In this document: piece by piece, positions 61,013 through 64,000 of the stretch | Layout of the letters: every line of letters starts with the position of its first letter | Numbering within the stretch: the stretch's first letter is position 1 | Assembly: GCA_026996855.1 (NCBI GenBank) | Contig: JALWJZ010000005.1 | Location: forward strand, 3,656 to 67,655 | Source of the DNA: Anaerolineales bacterium | GTDB lineage: Bacteria > Chloroflexota > Anaerolineae > Anaerolineales > DRMV01 | DNA length: 64,000 nucleotides | Reading direction: 5' to 3' | Program-made: the position numbers and the translations under genes | The notes under the pieces: generated by a model | What the model was told of the DNA's origin: nothing | What the model saw: the letters and a program-made list of their open reading frames with translations, nothing else | Databases searched by the model: none

Positions 61013-62344
61013 CTATCCCGCCAACGCCTTCTCGGCCAGGGCGATGGCCTGGTCCAGGATTTCCAGAGCCTCATCCACTTCTTTTTCGGTGATGATGAGG
61101 GGCGGGGCCATGCGAAGCACGCTGTCGCCCGCTCCCATGGTGAGGAGGCCCAGCCGGAAAGCGTATTGTTCCACCAGGTCTCGCATTTCGGGGAAGGGTT
61201 CCTTGCTGGCGCGATCCCGGACGAATTCCATGGCCAGCATGAGGCCTTTCCCCCGCACGTGGCCGATGTGCGGATGCTTCTGCAAGAGTTGACGGAAGCC
61301 TTCCAGGGCGTACTCGCCCACGCGGGCCGCGTTGTGCATGAGTTCTTTTTCCACCATCTCCAGGGTGACCTGCGACGCGGCACAGGCCAGCGGATTGCCA
61401 CCGTAGGTGTTGCCGTGCGCGCCCTGGGGCCAGGTCATCACCGATTTGCGGGCCAGCATGGCGCCAAAAGGCACCCCCGAAGCCAATCCCTTGGCCGAGG
61501 CCACGATGTCCGGTTCCACCCCCCAGTGTTGAATGGCCCACCATTTGCCGGTGCGGCCTACCCCGGTTTGCACTTCGTCCACGATGAGCAAAATGCCGTA
61601 GCGGTCGCACAGGTCGCGCAGGGCCGGGAAGAAGTCGTCTGGGGGCACGATGTAACCGCCCTCGCCCTGGATGGGTTCCACCAGAATGCCCGCCACCTCG
61701 TCCGCGGGGAGCAGATATTTGAACACGTACTCTTCGATGTAGCGCACCACGGCCCGGCCCTGGCCTTCGCCTGGTTTGGTCTGGAACATGGGGCGATAGG
61801 GGTTGGGGTAAGGCACATGCACTACGCCGGGCATCCAGGGGAAGAAACGCTGGCGAAAGACGGGTTTGCGTGCGGTGAAGGCCAGGGAACCCAAGGTGCG
61901 TCCGTGGAAGCCGCCCAGGAAACCGATGAAGAACTTGCGGCCGGTGTGGTGTTTGGCCAGTTTGATGGCGGCTTCTACGCTTTCCGTGCCCGAGTTGGTA
62001 AAGAAGGACATGGCCGGCTCGGAGAAAGGCGCGATGTCGGCCAGTTTCTCGGCCAGTTTTACCCAGGGTTCGTGGTAATAGTCGGAGGAGATGTGGATGA
62101 ACTTTTGGGCCTGCTCGGTGATGGCCTTTACCACCGCGGGATGGGCGTGACCGGTGGTCAGTACCGCGATGCCCGCGATGAAGTCCAGGTACTTGTTGCC
62201 GTCCACGTCCCAGGCGTAGGCTCCCTTGCCGTGGCTCATCACGAAGCCGTAGGGCCTGGGATAGGAGGGGGAAACCACCCGGGCGTCCCTCTCGATGATG
62301 GCTCGGGCTTTGGGTCCTGGAACGTTTCGTAGTTCACGCGTCAT
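61013..62344 (-). CDS. Class-III PLP-dependent aminotransferase (4-aminobutyrate/acetylornithine aminotransferase-like)
   Basis: FTNSGTESVE, LLIVDEVQTGVGRTG and the PLP-lysine context ASAKGLASG. ggagg lies 8 nt before ATG 62344. Confidence 0.9.
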   Translation of the reverse strand: MTRELRNVPGPKARAIIERDARVVSPSYPRPYGFVMSHGKGAYAWDVDGNKYLDFIAGIAVLTTGHAHPAVVKAITEQAQKFIHISSDYYHEPWVKLAEKLADIAPFSEPAMSFFTNSGTESVEAAIKLAKHHTGRKFFIGFLGGFHGRTLGSLAFTARKPVFRQRFFPWMPGVVHVPYPNPYRPMFQTKPGEGQGRAVVRYIEEYVFKYLLPADEVAGILVEPIQGEGGYIVPPDDFFPALRDLCDRYGILLIVDEVQTGVGRTGKWWAIQHWGVEPDIVASAKGLASGVPFGAMLARKSVMTWPQGAHGNTYGGNPLACAASQVTLEMVEKELMHNAARVGEYALEGFRQLLQKHPHIGHVRGKGLMLAMEFVRDRASKEPFPEMRDLVEQYAFRLGLLTMGAGDSVLRMAPPLIITEKEVDEALEILDQAIALAEKALAG

Positions 62345-62480
62345 GATGACCACCTCCTGGAGGGATGTGCTATCCTTGGCTCTTGTAGCATACCACGGCT
62401 TGCCCTAAGCCCTGGAGTTGCATGGGCACACACCCTGCCCGGTACGGGACTTGTGGCTGAATAGGCGAATGACTCTCGAC

Positions 62481-62515
62481 CGCCGGCTACCGGCTGCCGG
62501 CTATTGGCTGGCACC
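62481..62515 (+). repeat. Heptanucleotide tandem repeat (YRCCGGC-type), a degenerate relative of the 15994 and 54180 repeats
   Basis: cgccggc taccggc tgccggc tattggc tggcacc, preceded by ggctgaat aggcgaat. Lies in the divergent intergenic region, 65 nt upstream of the start at 62580. Confidence 0.5.
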
Positions 62516-62579
62516 TTCCACCCCTTTGGTACAATTCCCTGAGTCGTATCCCGTTCATTTCCCCAACAGGGAGCGAGTC

Positions 62580-63593
62580 ATGCGTTTTCTCATCGCGGGT
62601 TTGGGTTCCATTGGCCGACGGCACCTGCGCAACCTGCTGGCTTTGGGCCAGCGGGACATCGTGCTTTACCGCACCTTCCGTAGTACCCTGCCCGACGACG
62701 AACTGGCCGGGTTCCCCGTGGTCACCCAGTTGGAAGACGGCCTGGCCATGCATCCCGACGCGGTCATCGTGGCCAACCCCACCGCGTTGCATACCCAGGT
62801 GGCCATCCCCGCGGCCCGGGCCGGGTGTGCCTTGCTCTTGGAGAAGCCCGTGGCCCACACCCTGAAAGCGGCCCGGGAATTGCTGCACGTGGTTCGAGAA
62901 ACGGGCGTGCGGGTGCTGGTGGGGTTCCAGTTTCGTTTTCATCCTACCCTGCGGCAGGTGAAAACCTGGCTGGAGGAGGGTGTGTTGGGACGGCCCCTGT
63001 TCGCTCGCGCCCATTGGGGCGAGTACCTGCCCGACTGGCATCCCTGGGAGGATTACCGCCGGAGTTACGCGGCCCGGGCCGACCTGGGCGGCGGGGTGAT
63101 TCGCACCCTGAGCCACCCTCTGGATTACCTGCACTTTCTCTTGGGGCCGGGTCGGGTGGCCTGGGCCTACGCGGACCATGTGAGCGACCTGGAACTGCAG
63201 GGCGTGGAGGATCTGGGGGAAATCGGTCTGCGCTTCGCTTCGGGCGCGGTGGGGAGCGTGCACGTGGATTACTTCCAGCGTCCCCCGGCCCATTGGCTGG
63301 AAATCGTGGGAAGCCAGGGCACGGTGCGCTGGGATTACCCCACGGGCCGGGCCGTGCTTTTGTCCGTGCAGGGGGAGGCGCGCGAGGCGTCCTTGCCCCC
63401 CGGCTGGGAGCGGAACCACATGTTCCTGGAGGAAATGCGGCACTTTTTGGATGTGGTCGCGGGCCGAGCCGAGCCGATGTGCACCTTAGAGGAGGGGGTC
63501 ACCAACATGGAATGGGTGGAAACCGCCCTTCGACTGGCGGGCTTCGAGCCATCGGTTCCGGCTTCCCAAGAAGCAGGACGTCGGGCCGGGTGA
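62580..63593 (+). CDS. Gfo/Idh/MocA-family NAD(P)-dependent oxidoreductase
   Basis: MRFLIAGLGSIGRRHLRNL Rossmann N-terminus and LLEKP motif. ATG at 62580 chosen; the track ORF extension covers the repeat region. Confidence 0.85.
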   Translation: MRFLIAGLGSIGRRHLRNLLALGQRDIVLYRTFRSTLPDDELAGFPVVTQLEDGLAMHPDAVIVANPTALHTQVAIPAARAGCALLLEKPVAHTLKAARELLHVVRETGVRVLVGFQFRFHPTLRQVKTWLEEGVLGRPLFARAHWGEYLPDWHPWEDYRRSYAARADLGGGVIRTLSHPLDYLHFLLGPGRVAWAYADHVSDLELQGVEDLGEIGLRFASGAVGSVHVDYFQRPPAHWLEIVGSQGTVRWDYPTGRAVLLSVQGEAREASLPPGWERNHMFLEEMRHFLDVVAGRAEPMCTLEEGVTNMEWVETALRLAGFEPSVPASQEAGRRAG

Positions 63594-63636
63594 AAACCCG
63601 CAAATCCCTTCCATTTTTCTCCACCGGAGGCGCGCA

Positions 63637-64000
63637 ATGCATCCCGAAATCTGCCGGATGTTTGATTTGACGGGCCGCGTGGCCGTGGTGACGGGCGCGG
63701 CGGGGTTGTTGGGCCGGGTGTTTGCCGATACCCTGGCTAAGGCCGGGGCCGCGGTGGCCGTGGTGGACATTGATGCATCCGGCGCCCGGGAAGTGGCCGA
63801 AACCCTGACCGACCAGGGCCTTCAGGCCCACCCCTACCCCGTGGACATCACCGATGCCCGGGCCGTCCGCGAGATGGTGCAGGACCTGCAAGCCCGGTGG
63901 GGCCGGGTGGACGTGCTGGTCAATAGCGCGGCCCTGGACCCTAAGGTGGACGCTTCCGGCGGGGTACGGGCCGCGGGCGCGTTCGAGGATTTCCCCCTGG
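63637..64000 (+). CDS. SDR-family oxidoreductase, 3' end beyond the window
   Basis: ATG at 63637 after ggagg. Translates to MHPEICRMFDLTGRVAVVTGAAGLLGRVFADTLAKAGAAVAVVD...VLVNSAA. The open frame runs to the window end and is absent from the track because it has no stop. Confidence 0.75.
   Translation, partial: MHPEICRMFDLTGRVAVVTGAAGLLGRVFADTLAKAGAAVAVVDIDASGAREVAETLTDQGLQAHPYPVDITDARAVREMVQDLQARWGRVDVLVNSAALDPKVDASGGVRAAGAFEDFPL

Noticed and set aside
1-64000. Scan for tRNA, rRNA, transposase, integrase, phage structural genes and cas genes
   Set aside because: Nothing recognisable was seen by eye in the sequence or in the six-frame translations. A tRNAscan/Infernal run would be needed to exclude small RNAs formally.

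Overview
High-GC bacterial chromosomal segment; the taxon cannot be determined from sequence alone. It is densely coding, with about 57 supportable CDS. I recognised no rRNA, tRNA, CRISPR array, transposase or integrase. All family names come from motifs read by eye in the supplied translations, and no database search was run.

Housekeeping content:
- A peptide-type ABC importer: two permeases and two ATPases at 701-7097, with a family-5 binding lipoprotein elsewhere at 25688-27394.
- A GlpA-core flavoprotein followed by SdhB-like and SdhC-like genes.
- DsbA, an S1 protease, a DUF62 SAM hydroxide adenosyltransferase, and a cytidylyltransferase-HAD fusion.
- A MetE encoded as two genes, an M20 peptidase, hpf, GT2 plus a polyprenyl-phosphate sugar transferase, LOG and plsY.
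- A glycine-riboswitch-controlled gcvH-gcvPA-gcvPB operon.
- An S9 peptidase, rplI, a RodZ-like protein, tilS, ftsY, hflX, a class-III aminotransferase, and SDR and Gfo/Idh/MocA oxidoreductases.

Unusual content:
1. A roughly 2.2-kb phd/vapC plus tandem-Uma2 cassette sits inside the 3' end of the ABC permease gene, flanked by a ~100-bp direct repeat.
2. A mazEF-like module and a secreted two-repeat hypothetical protein are embedded in the riboswitch-controlled gcv operon.
3. A candidate leader-peptide attenuator (LLL-T-V-II) precedes a degenerate isopropylmalate-synthase-like gene.
4. A divergent ECF-sigma/anti-sigma locus carries three multiheme c-type cytochromes (10, 18 and 15 CxxCH motifs), a ferredoxin, a flavoprotein and a His-rich membrane protein.
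5. A 1011-aa secreted Cys/Trp-repeat protein.
6. A protoglobin fused to a MoaD-like beta-grasp domain.
7. Two copies of a ~140-bp MITE-like element.
8. A 280-bp hairpin-rich insertion with a 10-bp target-like duplication between rplI and rodZ.
9. A family of composite 7-8-nt tandem repeats in three intergenic spacers.

Many long ORFs in the supplied track are antisense or out-of-frame GC artefacts and were not called.
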